In this document: positions 1 through 13,787 of the stretch, piece by piece
Position numbering within the stretch: the stretch's first letter is position 1
Layout: each line of letters opens with the position of its first letter
DNA from: Balanoglossus misakiensis
Taxonomy: Eukaryota > Animalia > Hemichordata
Direction of reading: 5' to 3'
Assembly: GCA_040954595.2 (NCBI GenBank)
Contig: CM082581.2
Coordinates: forward strand, 744,001-808,000
DNA length: 64,000 bases
The notes under the pieces: generated by a model
What the model was told of the DNA's origin: nothing
The model's database searches: none
The model's input: the letters and a program-made list of their open reading frames with translations, nothing else
Translations under genes and position numbers: made by a program

Positions 1-182
1 AGCCACTTCGGATTTTCTTTCCAGAATTTAAGTTCCAGAACGTTGCCATCCTGCTGCATACAAGGCACGCTAAACAGTTTCCCGTTGGCGGAATTCCGGA
101 TCTCGACATCCTCCATGAGGCGCAATTTCAGTGCCACGCCTTGGCTGGTTGGGGATGAGGGACCGGGAGCCGGGGATGCCAT
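1..182 (-). CDS. First coding exon of a tandem-OB-fold (RPA/HIN-like) protein gene, running off the window start
   Basis: Minus strand: acceptor tttcag near 195, then ATG at 182 giving MASPAPGPSSPTSQGVALKLRLMEDVEIRNSANGKLFSVPCMQQDGNVLELKFWKENPKW with no stop to the window edge. An upstream exon with an AAAG|gtaggt donor lies near 467 and a CCAAT box near 610. Confidence 0.55.
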   Translation of the reverse strand, partial: MASPAPGPSSPTSQGVALKLRLMEDVEIRNSANGKLFSVPCMQQDGNVLELKFWKENPKW

Positions 183-184
183 AA

Positions 185-2584
185 CGCCGTTAAACCTGAA
201 ATATAGATTGAGAGTGGGTATTGTTTTACACAATTTTTGAACATTGAAGTAAAGTATTAGAATGATGGAGTCCGATAAAAAAGTGAGTTGGTGATTGCGG
301 CATCCGACTTCGTTATTAAAAATGGAAAGATTTGCGATTTGAGATTCGGTTACCTTTGCAAGTTTGAAAGGAAATATTTCATTGAAGCACAGTGGCAACT
401 ACTGGGTTATGGAGAATCTTTGAAATGTTGTTGAACGGAGACTTATTAGAATCAATGAAAACCTACCTTTAACGGCGTTACGGTTACTAAACGTGAGAGA
501 CCGCTTGTCTCGTTCATCCGATTCTGAGCTCCTAGCTCTTGTGGAGACATGCGGAGGTACAGCGGGTTAACGGTTAGAAAGTGTTGATGAAAGAAATAAG
601 TTTATAGGCCAATCAGGAGTTAGATTCGAATGTCCGAAAATGAGAAACCGTAGGCGAACGCAACAGACAGCAATTTAAATTTGCATAACTAGAGGTTTGG
701 GTGGAAAGATTTCAGAATTTAACGCACATATACAGATATTTTGTAGTGGAAATTTGAGTATATTATAAATAGTACATGTAATAAGACTGTGAATTGATTT
801 TATTTACTGACAATTAAATGCAGTTACCCTTTGAGTATGGGTGTTTATCGAGGGGGGGGGGGTCCAAAAAAATGTTAGAAACTGTTGAAGATGAAACCGG
901 AAAGATGTAGCAAATTCGTTAGTTTTCCCTTTTTTGGAAATTATGCTCGAAGCGTGTGATTGGTCAATTAGTCAGAAGGGGATTGGTTGGAAATAGTCGA
1001 ATATGATTGGGCAATAAGTTCGAAGCTGAAATCCCTCAGGCTGTATAAATACGGTGTTTGTGGCGTGTACTAATGGAGTATGGCTGGGGTGTGTTGTGTC
1101 GAGCAGTCTAGTATATCATTTGTGGGGCATTGAATATTTAGAACAAAGTTCTCTATGTCGGACTTCCTAACATATACTCGATCGTTGATAACAAAACGAG
1201 CAGATATTTTTGTGCAAATAGTGTGCGCAAAACAACAACTAAACATGAAGACAACAAGATAGTACTGCGTGCGGTGCGACTCGGTTGTAAGCGTCAAGTC
1301 AAAAACTGCAAAGACATGCAACAGGTGTAAATATAGTCGACTGAAATGCTGAAAAACCATGAATATCGATTGGCTCAAAGTGATGGGAATCGGCTCAACT
1401 TACCGGAGGGAATTGGTACATTATATAACGAGTAAACTAGAAAGAAAGAAATCCCAGCGTTAACACTGGAAATTGTTCATAAATTAATATTTATACATGT
1501 ATGTGTATATTGCGTAACCTTCGAAAATTCGAATATCATTAGCACTTGGCCTAAAAAGTTGTGCATTGCGAGTGGGACACTGGGCAATTATTTTTATGGG
1601 CCGCCATCGCTATGCAGTTTAGATGTAGTATTTTACTCAACTTTTACCGGCAAGTGAGTGATTTGCTTTCAGAAGGTAATGAGACGGAAATAAACTTATG
1701 CAATCAGAGTTAATTATTCGTGAGGATACAAACTTTTGTACTAGATTTATTGTAATTTTTCAGTGTATACTCCTGGCCTTCGCAGGACTTTCATTTTTTA
1801 CCCGGTTTGTGTGTTTTCGGGTTACCCATGGGCATTCTCTACCTGTTTTAAAACTCTGAACAAGAAGATGTCACGTGTATCATTTTATGTACGACGTACA
1901 TCATTATAATAATGCTATAGTGAAGTTTTTAAAAAGGAAATATTTTTTTAGTGTTATTTTCTTCGTTTTTTATATGACTGAAATATGGTTGTGCTTGATG
2001 GAAAAACCGGATTCAACCTTAGCTTAATATATGCATTATCGTTCGCAACTGACGTCATATAATGTAGCAATTTCCCTCCGGTTAAATTGAACCAATCGGC
2101 ATTCCCGTTTTTCCACCATTTCACTCGAATATCTAACTCCAGGATCCTGATTGGCCTATGTAATTAATCATTCCTTTCATCAACACTTCCTAACCGTTAA
2201 CCCGCTGTACCTCCGCATGTCTCCACAAGAGCTAGGAGCTCAGAATCGGTCGGACGCAGACCAGCGGTCTGTCAGGTGTAGTAACCCTAACACCGTTAAA
2301 GGTAGGTTTTCATTTATTCTATTATAAGTCTCCGTTCATCAACATTTCAAAGATTCTCAATAATGCAGTAGTTGCCACTGTACTTCAATGAAATATTTCC
2401 TTTCAAACTTGCAAATACTACTTGAACCGAATCGCAAACCTTTCCATTTTTAATAACGAAGTCGGATGCCGAAATTACCAACTCACTTTTTTTATCGGAT
2501 TCCATCATTCTAATACTTTACTTCAATGTTCAAAAATTGTGTAAAACAATATCCACTTTCAATCTATATTTCAGGTTTAACGGC
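185..2584. repeat. Inverted repeat pair 185-630 / 2140-2584 (5' exon plus intron 1 module of the OB-fold gene); third copy at ~16975-17375
   Basis: e.g. ctcttgtggagacatgcggaggtacagcgggttaacgg (~536) is the reverse complement of ccgttaacccgctgtacctccgcatgtctccacaagag (~2194); similarity extends about 450 bp. Confidence 0.9.
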
Positions 2585-2612
2585 TATTTGTGCAACATTT
2601 GACAGTACTCAC

Positions 2613-3420
2613 ATCATGGACTTTTCCTACAACGCACACACTCTTCTTTTGTGGAGATATCTCGACTTCTGATATCATTATTTGTGGCGGATGATAAAAT
2701 TCTGTTACCAATTTTTCAGGTATATCCATCGCTTTTCGCCCGCAAGGTATGATCTGGAAAAAAGTTTGGCGTAGTCTGTAAGTTGTGTGACTGAATCCGT
2801 AAAGGTGGCATTTGGAGGAAAAATTTTGAGCATTTTTATCAGTAATCTAGTTTGTTTAAAATATTGGAACGCGATCAAAAATAAATGCGACTTGTAAACG
2901 AGTGCCGCGTTTGAATCGGTATTGACGATAAACATCGGTAATAGGCGATGAAATCAATGGATTTTCAATGTACGTGATCGCATGGAGGCTGCCATATTGG
3001 ATTACATCCGAAGACCTTCCGATTAGGCGTCGGTTGAATTCGGGAAAGGTGTTTAAAATGTAATGGGTCATTCAATTTTGTAGAGTAAATTTCTAAAAAT
3101 GTAGAAGATGGGAGGTTAAGATACCCGAAATGACTACGGCAAAAAAAAGGCCCATAAGTTTCGGGGTGCGATTATAACATACCTTTGCTCTATCATAGAG
3201 GCAAATGGTATTATATCTTCCAGTGGAAAAGTTGCGGAGCTGTATGTATTCTCTCTTCTGTTATCTGTTCAGCTATTTCGGATTTTCTTTCCAGAATTTA
3301 AGTTCCAGAACGTTGCCATCCTGCTGCATACAAGGCACGCTAAACAGTTTGCCGTTGGCTGAATTCCGGATCTAGACTGTATCCTCAATGAGGCACAATT
3401 TCACTGCCACGCCTTGGCTG
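2613..3420 (-). pseudogene. OB-fold gene copy: exon 2 (3183-3420, in-frame TAG) and exon 3 (2613-2753)
   Basis: Exon 2 ends LYDRAK|gtatgt. Exon 3 is ttttttccag|IIPCGRKAMDIPEKLVTEFYHPPQIMISEVEISPQKKSVCVVGKVHD|gtgagt (141 nt, phase 0/0). Confidence 0.7.
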
Positions 3421-3429
3421 CATGGTTGC

Positions 3430-4285
3430 AGATGATGGAGCTAAGGTACGTAACAATCGCACCCCGAAACGCCTGGGCCCTGTAGTCCTTGTGGGTATGT
3501 TAACCTCCCATCTCCTACATTTTTAGAAATTTAGTATACAAAATTGGATGACCAATTATGTTTTAGAGACCTTTCCCGAATCCACCTGAAGCCCAGTCGG
3601 AATGTCTTGGGATGTAACCTAAATTCAATATGGCCGCCTCCATGCGTTCACTTGCATTATAAAAAAAACGTTGATTTTATCTCCGAGTGGCGGTGTTTAT
3701 CGTCAGTGCCAATTGAAACGCGGCACTCGCTTACAGGTCGCATTTTTATTTTTGAGCGCGTTCTAATATTCTAGAAAGAAAAAAATGATAGTTTCGAGTA
3801 CAGATTACATGTATTTTAAAACAAGGTTTGGTCACAATGGTATCACTACTAAATGATTTACAATCGATGTTTTTAATTGTCTTTGCACCACAGTATGAAT
3901 CCTGTGATGGTAAATCGCATTCAACTTAGAAGGCGTGGAGTAAGTGCAACTGATGGTAACTGGGATACCAAACTGAAACTTTTGGGAGAGAAAACCTTGC
4001 CATGCATGGACGTGGGTGGCACAGTTAAACTTGGGTTAAATACTACAGCGACAACTGAAGTCCCGGTGAGATATTATAAAATACTCTTACATCATAAAAT
4101 TGAAATCCTACATGTCAATAATTTCATATTTTCACTAATGTTTAGCAAAAAACAACTGCTCTCAACAAACCTTACCCCTCCCCCTCTTGTATTGTCAGTG
4201 CTTTGTAATCTATCAGTAACAATCCATTTTTTTCTCTCAAGGTGTTAAAAGAACCTATAGCTACTGGTGATGACATGATACCGTC
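3430..4285 (+). pseudogene. Opposite-orientation OB-fold gene copy: end of exon 2 (DGAK|gtacgt), intron, exon 4 (3894-4065), start of exon 5 (4242-)
   Basis: Exon 4 encodes ...RRRGVSATDGNWDTKLKLLGEKTLPCMDVGGTVKLGLNTTATTEVP|gtgaga, an OB-fold-like pattern. Exon 5 VLKEPIATGDDMI is cut off near 4285. Exon 3 is missing from this copy. Confidence 0.65.
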
Positions 4286-4286
4286 C

Positions 4287-5280
4287 ATGGGGTGTTGGAG
4301 GTAATACACTTTGTAAGTATTAACCAGTCAGGACGTAAGTGGGGTAATTACGGCGGTGAGATCAAAGAGATCTATTTGAATGTGAAAGTCGCTGAGTGGC
4401 AGTTACGGCCAGTTCGAAAAATTTTCAAACGGAGATTTTCGGTACTACAAGTGATCGTAGTGCACCCATTTTTCTAAGACGTGTATGAAACACCATAGTC
4501 AATGATAGGATGATTTTTCGTGAAGTTTTAACGACGCTTTCCCGAGAAAGACAGTTTCGGTATGTTGGTTTAAATTGTGGTCCTTGACTCTCGGCAAAGA
4601 TTTCTTGTCTTGAAAAAAATTGGGTAGGTTAGGAAGATATTGAACTAAGTTACCGTGAAATTATAATAGTGTGAGCCGCTCCGTTGTGGAGTAATGACGG
4701 TGTAAAAATTGCCTTCGCCATCGACGAGTACAGCCGTGTTTGCCATATGTGTATGCATTGAAGTAGGTCAAAGCATGTTAACCCATGACGTAATGGCTTC
4801 CTTTTCAACGCGTCGTTATCTCTCATTAGCATATTACATACGGAGTCTATACACTATTCACGCTGACTGACTTCTCAGGACTGACCTATGGCACAGTAAA
4901 TTGTGGTCCTTGACTCTCGGCATGGATATATTCATGTCAAAATTATGAATAGAGGAGTTTAATAATGTTTCTAAAACCTGAGGGGGTTAATTTTTGTGTG
5001 GGTATGGCTGATATTTTTTTTTTGTAACTTCAAGGTCACTTTGAATTTCGTGATCACAATTTTGTCAGTGGAAGTAAAGAAATTCTTCTCGATAAAACTT
5101 CATGAAAAATCACATGTAGTACACTCATAGTACCAGTAATGTGCCTGGGGTGAAATAATTGTCAGAAATGGGTTGCTAGTTGCTTAACTTTCGTTGTGAA
5201 AAAAGTTGAAAAACTGTATGCAAATGAGCAATTCAAACGTTACTGGCCAGTTCAAGTGTTTGCATTGCATGATCCCCTGC
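4287..5280. other. Unclassified insertion interrupting OB-fold exon 5
   Basis: Absent from the paralogous segment at 15505-15900; contains a 26-bp direct repeat taaattgtggtccttgactctcggca at 4571 and 4897. Confidence 0.35.
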
Positions 5281-5649
5281 TGTTTAATTATCCCACTTAC
5301 GTCCTGACTGTAACTGCAGTAGTTGCTTACATCAGACTCCCACTATCTGCATGCAAGTTGTGGATGGATTTGCAGAGAGAGAGGCTAGTACACGGCACTC
5401 ATGTGGACCTGCACTACCACATTTCTATTCAACATCAGGTCTCTGAGTAAAAAGATGGCCATGTAAATTTTCTCTAAGTTTGTTAGAGAAATAAAGTACA
5501 ACTTTAGTGTTTCACTAATTGAGTTTCAGTGTTCTTGTATTGTCTCGTTTGCCCCATGCCAACCTCAAAGTAAACGTCAAATTTGCCATTTTTGACTTAT
5601 TTGTCCTTGTAGTGGGCCACATAGCATTTTAATGCAACTTATAAAAATC

Positions 5650-8600
5650 TGAAGAACCAAATGCCTAATTTACCCACTCTGCACAGATTTATTTCAATGG
5701 TACAGACTTGATGATCAGTATAGCGCCCTCTGTGGTAGTATTTTGGGGGGGGGTTAACCTAGCCTTTGTATGTTTATCCCTGTCCGGTTCCATTCCACTT
5801 GTATCTATGGTAACCTAATTATCAGCAGTAAAGGCCACAGCTTTGAAACAGTTTTAATATCAAGCACTCTGAATTACACGGCCATTCTCATTGGTGCATA
5901 TAGTGTAGTCACGTTGTATTTTACTGCAACTGGTGAAAGTCTCCTAAAAAACCAAATGTGTCTTTACCCACTGTGCACAGAGTATTTGAATGATACTCAG
6001 TTGATGGTCATATAGTATAGCGCCCTCTGTGGTAGTATTTTTATTATGGAGGTTGGGTTAAATCTTGTCTTCGCATATGTTTATCCCTGTCATGTTGCAT
6101 TGGGCTTGTATCTATGGTAACCTAATTATCAGCAGTAAAGGCCACAACTATGAAACAGTTTTAATATCAAGCACTCTCTGAATTACATGGCCATTCTCAT
6201 TGGTGTATATAGTGTAGTCACGTTGTATTTTACTACAACTGATGAAAGTCTCCTAAAAAACCAAATGTGTCTTTACCCACTGTGCACAGAGTATTTGAAT
6301 GATACTCAGTTGATGGTCATATAGTATAGCGCCCTCTGTGGTAGTATTTTGATTATGGAGGTGGGGTTAAATCTTGTCTTTGCATATGTTTATCCCTGTC
6401 ATGTTGCATTGGGCTTGTATCTATGGTAACCTAATTATCAGCAGTAAAGGCCACAACTATGAAACAGTTTTAATATCAAGCGCTCTCTGAATTACATGGC
6501 CATTCTCATTGGTGTATATAGTGTAGTCACGTTGTATTTTATTACAACTGATGAAAGTCTCCTAAAAAACCAAATGTGTCTTTACCCACTGTGCACAGAG
6601 TATTTGAATGATACTCAGTTGATGGTCATATAGTATAGCGCCCTCTGTGGTAGTATTTTGATTATGGAGGTGGGGTTTAATCTTGTCTTTGCATATGTTT
6701 ATCCCTGTCATGTTGCATTGGGCTTGTATCTATGGTAACCTAATTATCAGCAGTAAAGGCCACAACTATGAAACAGTTTTAATATCAAGCACTCTCTGAA
6801 TTACATGGCCATTCTCATTGGTGTATATAGTGTAGTCACGTTGTATTTTACTGCAACTGATGAAAGTCTCCTAAAAAAACAAATAAGTCTTTACCCACTG
6901 TGCACAGAGTATTTGAATGATACTCAGTTGATGGTCATATAGTATAGCGCCCTCTGTGGTAGTATTTTGATTATGGAGGTGGGGTTTAATCTTGTCATTG
7001 CATATGTTTATCCCTGTCATGTTGCATTGGGCTTGTATCTATGGTAACCTAATTATCAGCAGTAAAGGCCACAACTATGAAACAGTTTTAATATCAAGCA
7101 CTCTCTGAATTACATGGCCATTCTCATTGGTGTATATAGTGTAGTCACGTTGTATTTTACTACAACTGATGAAAGTCTCCTAAAAAAACAAATGTGTGTT
7201 TACCCACTGTGCACAGAGTATTTGAATGATACTCAGTTGATGGTCATATAGTATAGCACCCTCTGTGGTAGTATTTTGGTCTCTCAGATACTGTTCTCAT
7301 GTGGTTTATGTCATACCTTTCCAATCGTAGTCAGTGTGTACTTGTAAATTCCACCCAATCACCTTTCTATCGGCTCGACACTGGGGTACCACAGGGATCA
7401 GTTCTTGGTCCCATACTTTTCAATATGTACCCGTCTCCATTTGGTGAATTAGTTCAAAGTCATGGTTGTCTTTATAGTTTTTATGCAGATGACTCTTCAC
7501 TTTATATGTCTTTTAGTAAAGACAACGCAGCAAGAACTGTTTCAAATCTTGAACTTTGTATATCCGATGTTAGGTTTTGGATGTCTGAAAACTTCTTGTG
7601 CTTATACGACGATAAGACTGAATTTGTTATTTTCTTTGGTATTTCAGGTGATCTGTCTGCTAGAGGGATTTCAGAAATTCGTGTTGGCGATTCTCTGATT
7701 CCTGTCCATTGTCAGGCTAAGAGCCTTGGTGTGCTCCTTGACTCTTGTCTGACAATGAAGCCACATATTGGACAGATCTGCCGCTCTGCCACTTTTCATT
7801 TACGTCGCATTGCGCTTATCCGCAAATATTTATCTCATTCTGCTACAGAGCAATTAGTTCATGCATTCATTACTTCTCGAATTGATTCATGTAATTCACT
7901 TTTATTTGGGCTCCCGAAGTATTCAATCAACCGTATCCAACGCGTTCAGAATATTGCTGCTAGAATTGTTACTCATTCAAAAATCACCTGTCACATCACT
8001 CCAATTTTGTATCAGTTGCACTGGCTACCTGTTACACAGCGTATTGTTTTTAAGATGTTAGTTCTCATTTTTAAATCTATAATAAACTTGGTCCAATCTA
8101 TCTTTCTAGCATGACCAATCTATATGTTCCGTGTCGCAATTTAAGGTCAGCTGATCAGTTCAAACTCTGCCTTGTTCGATCACGCACCAAGAGTTATGGT
8201 GATCGTGCTTTTACTGTTGCTGCTCCAATTCTTTGGAATAATCTTCCACTCACCATTCGCCAGGCACCAGACTTATCTGTTTTTAAATCAAATGTTAAAA
8301 CTTTACTTTTTAAATCTGTTTTTTAGCCATTTGTTGTATTGTACTTTTGCTTTAAGCGTCATTGATCACATTTTTGTGGATACTGACACTATACAAATAA
8401 ATTATTATTATTATTATTATTTTGATTACAGAGGTGGGGTTTAATCTTGCCTTTGCATATGTTTATCCCTGTCCTGTTGCATTAGGCTTGTATCTATGGT
8501 AACCTTATTATCAGCAGTAAGAGCCACAACTATGAAACAGTTTTAATATCAAGCACTATCTGAATTACACGGCCATTCTCATTGGTGTATATAGTGTAGT

Positions 8601-9140
8601 CACGTTATATTTTACTGCAACTGATGAAAGTCTCCTAAAAAAACAAATGTGTCTTTACCCACTGTGCACAGAGTATTTGAATGATACTCAGTTGATGGTC
8701 ATATAGTATAGCGCCCTCTGCGGTAGTATTTTGATTATGGAGGTGGGGTTTAATCTTGTCTTTGCATATGTTTATCCCTGTCCTGTTGCATTGGGCTTGT
8801 ATCTATGGTAACCTAATTATCAGCAGTAAAGGCCACAACTATGAAACAGTTTTAATATCAAGCACTCTCTGAATTACATGGCCATTCTCATTGGTGTATA
8901 TAGTGTAGTCACGTTGTATTTTACTGCAACTGATGAAAGTCTCCTAAAAAAAACAAATGTGTATTTACCTACTGTGCACAGAGTATTTGAATGATACTCA
9001 GTTGATGGTCATATAGTATAGCACCCTCTGTGGTAGTATTTGGATGATAGGGGAAGGGGTAACCTACCTTTTCTATACATGTATATGGTTATCCCTCTTC
9101 TATTGCATTCCGCTTGTATCTATGGAAACCTAATTATCAG
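5650..9140 (+). repeat. 309-bp tandem repeat array (~8 units) interrupted by a LINE
   Basis: Anchor tagcgccctctgtggtag at 5721, 6018, 6327, 6636, 6945, 7254, 8709 and 9019. Confidence 0.95.
7279..8417 (+). mobile_element. 5'-truncated L2/CR1-group non-LTR retrotransposon (RT C-terminal part, frameshifted) with (ATT)n tail
   Basis: ORFs 7299-8114 and 8111-8326 contain GVPQGSVLGPILF, YADD, SRIDSCNSLL, LHWLPV and YGDRAF..AAP.LWN.LP. The tail is attattatt, and the TSD tattttg lies at 7272-7278 and 8418-8424. Confidence 0.93.
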
Positions 9141-9309
9141 CAGTGAATGCCAAATTGTAAAACAGCAACATATTTATTATCAAACACTGTATGGAATTGA
9201 ATATACACAATATGTTTTGTGTGTTTGCTGGCTACATACATGCATAAATACGTACATACATATATTACACTCATACTCAAGCACACAGCTAATGGACTCT
9301 TTTTTTCAT

Positions 9310-9383
9310 CATCCCCACCAGGAATCGAACCTGGATCTCTTATCACAAAGTGACAAGTGTGTTAACCATTACACCATGAGGAT
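9310..9383 (-). tRNA. tRNA-Gln(TTG)-like sequence (pseudogene or SINE head), left-arm copy
   Basis: A box TGGTGTAATGG, B box GGTTCGATTCC, T stem CCAGG/CCTGG, acceptor stem ATCCTCA/TGGGGAT; the anticodon arm is non-canonical. Confidence 0.55.
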
Positions 9384-11831
9384 TTTTTATCTCCACTAAC
9401 TGCCAACACACTGTCCAATTGCACATTCACTCACTGACATATTCAACTAACACACCAGTTTCTTTATTTCAAAAAGTACACAGTAAAACATCACAAATGA
9501 CAAGACAGGGGTATCAGGAATCACACAAATCATACTCAATGTTTTACTGAAGCCATTGCTGTAAGATTGCTGTAAGTAATGGCACTATTCAATGGTGTTA
9601 ACACCACATAGCACAATGATGTACTGCACACATTCAAGTCACATACCTTTTTGAAGTATTAATAAACACTGATTCTATGAACTGTTAAAATTATTTTTTC
9701 TTACATCATCCCTGAATACCAAATTTCAAACAAATTAGGCTAGTGCTTTCACATGTTAACACACAATGCATGGCACTGGACAATCATCCTATCCGATCTG
9801 AAACCTCAGTGTCACTTACCACAAAACTAAACACGTTATCTACAAATGATTTACGAAACTAATTCGTACACGACACAATACACATTTGAGTGTGTTGATA
9901 TCTTAGTTTGTACATGATACTTTGCACTGATGTACACCAACACTCACCTTGAGAACTCTTTGGTAGCCAAAACTGTCAAGAAAATAAACAAAACTTTTAA
10001 ATTAAATCATTAAGTATAATTGTGTATTTAAACAAGTACATCAAGATATACACTTGCCTGCATAACACACACCTCTCAATAGCCATAATGTATCAATGTC
10101 GAGATGACATCACTCCAAGTACAAGATAGCGAATGATGATTTTTTTACAATAACCCCCCTACTTAAACAGGACAACAAATTACAATGAATTCACTATCAA
10201 CCTTGTGATATTCAGAAAATCAATTCTTGGTCACATAAATTGTCCTGTCCACAAAATGGTTTCATGGCATCAAAATATGTTAACAAGTCAACTCTACTTT
10301 TCATGCTCCAACCAGATTTCATTGTCTATGTTTTTAACATGCCTGTCACGACTAGAAAGCATACACACTAAACAGAGTGGTCACCAGCATAATTTGGCCA
10401 ATTCTATGCTTGTCCTCACATTCTTACGAACAATTCAAATGTCAAATTATCTAGCAATGTTTCTGTTATGTACTCACACAGATTGTTCCATATTTGAAGC
10501 AAATAATTATCAAAAACAAATTGATTACCCTGATATAAATTCCAATGAAAACCTTAAGGCTTTTGGTCATGTAAACATACAATATTAACAGAAAAAATAA
10601 TGGAAAATACAATCCATTTTTACTACTGTTTATTTTTTGACAAATACATATAAGAGACATGGAAACTATTGAAGTACACATCCCAAAATAATATCCTACC
10701 ACTGCTTGTACGTTTCATACACACGATACAAGACCGATCGCCCGAATTCAGCAGATTCGCTTGCCTAAAACCGTTTCTAAATAATCATATGTACCTGTAT
10801 ACACTCCAAAAATAAGCTTAATTTCAACTTGTATGGAATGAAATAGAAACTCCGATGTACCCAGCCTCTGATGTTTCTATTCCTTCAAGCAAACTTCACC
10901 ATCTTAACATATATACAATTTGCCAAAACATGCATACAAACGAAACCCTTTCAGTATATAACGACAACCGCCATATTGGATGTCGCTCGACACGAAAATA
11001 AAATACGCCTGACAAAACTGCCATCGCCTCATACACAATTAAAATCACACTACCATTGGATAAAACACAACTACATAACCAATACCATCAACTCTTACAC
11101 GTTCAAACCACCGATTCTGTCATTTATACTCATTTAAAAATAACCACGAGAATATACACATATCCCACTAACCTATATTCAGCTGCTGAACAACAAGAGC
11201 ACTTGATTCGTTTTCGGATGTGACTACGTGCAACAACATACGCATCACCATCACATTCGCGTTGGGATTCAAGACAGTTTCAATATCTCAAGAAGCAATA
11301 CAACGAGAAGACCTTCTCGGGATTTTATGCACATCCTGTTGGATATCGCTGCCAAATGTCCACAGATGATAAAACATGATACCAGAATGTTGTATTGGGG
11401 ACAACCATCAAATGTTCCCGTGCCAGCACCCTCTATATTCTAGAAACCCTGGTATATCTCAAGAAACATTACCATTTTTAATTATTTTTAAAAGCAAAAG
11501 TAAGTTGTCATTTTATTTGTACAATTATTTCTCTATATTAAACAAGTATACATAAACACTAAAACATGTTTTGCCATGTTAACATAAATTTATGACCATT
11601 TTAAAATACTATATAGCTTATATTTATTAAAGTACAAATTCGGATGTTTTTCATTTTTAACCATTTCCACAATCAAAATGAAAAAAAAATCGCATTAATA
11701 GTAGATTGGGTTATATTGGATATCATTATGTAAAACTGAAGAGTCACTATGGCATGGAAACTACTGAGATATGTGGTAGAAAACCAAAATGCCCAACAAA
11801 TATGCACAGTGTGTGTTGTGTGTTAGATAGG

Positions 11832-11855
11832 TACATACATGCATGCATGCATGCA

Positions 11856-11889
<34 letters not shown>

Positions 11890-11896
11890 CATACAT

Positions 11897-11973
<77 letters not shown>

Positions 11974-12022
11974 TACATACATACATACATACATACATAC
12001 ATACATACATACATACATACAT
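11832..12022 (+). repeat. Compound (TACA)n/(CA)n microsatellite
   Basis: Direct reading. Its 5' flank cacagtgtgtgttgtgtgttagataggtac is the reverse complement of 14314-14344. Confidence 0.97.
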
Positions 12023-13277
12023 GCGCCCTGTATTGACCAAATACCGTCGTGCAAGCTCATGTACAAGCTATTTCTTTATGCCTGAACAAAAATTGACCAA
12101 ATTCTACTGTTTATTATGATTCATTCTTCGAAACAATTCATCTTCTTGCCATATTTTATTTGTTCATATAACACATTTTGAAGAAAAGTTGTACAAAGAC
12201 TACAATATACTAATGGGCTATATTCTCAAAACAGATATATTACCACAAATACTACTAGGGATTGTGTAGTGGTTTCTTTCTCACTATAAGACATATGATA
12301 TCTGATATCAACCATACAAACAATATCAATCTTTTTACACACATACATACATTCATACTTACACAAAAAGCATAACACACCAATTTATTTTATATAGCCT
12401 TATATTAATTTATTTCAATTGTGAAAATAGACACACATACAAAAAAGAACAGAAAAACAATCACAGTATCTGGTTTATGAAATAAAAAAGACCAAACAAG
12501 CAATTGCTTCCGAAATAACATATTCCACATTCTGTCACAAATTGAGCAAATTCCAGTAAAATCAACCCCAAGGACCTACACACTAAATTTCAAAGTAATT
12601 GTACAAAGAATTTAACTAAACACAACTAAAATTGATCAAAAATTACACATTTCACCACAATTTACATAAACTCTACCAACTTCACCCTAGGAACCTGCAT
12701 ACTAAATTTCAAAGTAATTGGCCCCGTGGTTTCAGTAAAGAAAAGTGACAGACAGTGACACCACTCACCCAATAAGACAATCACCCAATCTAATAAGCTC
12801 AACATAACTGACAACACAGCTAAACAGTTCACCGACAATATAAATACAATTGTGTACATTTCACAAATGACAATATTAGCCTTTTAGTCACCTCTGACTC
12901 TAATGTAAAGTACATTATGGTAACTGTTCATTGAAATGTTTCTGGGAAATGTTTACTAAGGCTATTTAATATCTTCTATTTTTTTTTTATAACACATGGT
13001 TTCTCTTGCAATTCCTCTTCCAGTAAACAGGATAAACTTTCTACACCATTACACTTATATGCTACTGCCAAATGGAAGTAATCTAATCCTGTAGTAGCTA
13101 TAAAGCAGCATTGTCAGGGCCCAAGCAACATGATGAAAAAAGGTGAAAGCACACGTTATAGTTACTCAAACTTTTACCAGAAAATTTTGATAGATCATAT
13201 TGGTTCACGTCCAAGCAAATCGGACTTCTAACCATATTGGTTAGCTTACAATTTGATAAGTATATAAATTAAAGGGA

Positions 13278-13560
13278 CCCTTTTCCATTAATTATGTTTG
13301 ATGCAAGACACCATTTATGTTAATGTACATGTGGATATATAGTGAATCAACATTCAACAACACACACTGCTTGTAGTCACGAGAGTGAAAAATCTTGCCA
13401 AAATGAATAATTGGTCTTTACCATTTATTCATTTTGGGCGAGTTTTTACTGTCATATCCTACAAACGGGATGGAAGCTGTGTGTGGTCGAACGTTGATTC
13501 ACTATATATCCACATTAACAGTCTCTTGTATCACACATAATTATTAAAAAAGGGCAGCAA
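13278..13560. mobile_element. Palindromic MITE; partial copies at ~23113-23255 and ~25428-25550
   Basis: gtggatatatagtgaatcaac pairs with gttgattcactatatatccac; ends ccctttt...aaaaggg; the same left half recurs in two introns. Confidence 0.7.
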
Positions 13561-13787
13561 AGAGACTTTCTGCCTTTAATAAGCTAATAAAAGTGTTAGA
13601 CTGCATTGGCTGCTCTATAATACCATATAGCAATGCAGTAACTCCTGTGGATGCCAATTTCTGACTCTCTGTTATTTCTCACATGCATTTGTGAATTTTT
13701 ATTGAAATAAAAAAACTGGTGTGTTGAATATGTCAGTGAGTGAATGTGCAATTGGACAGTGTGTTGGCAGTTAGTGGAGATAAAACA

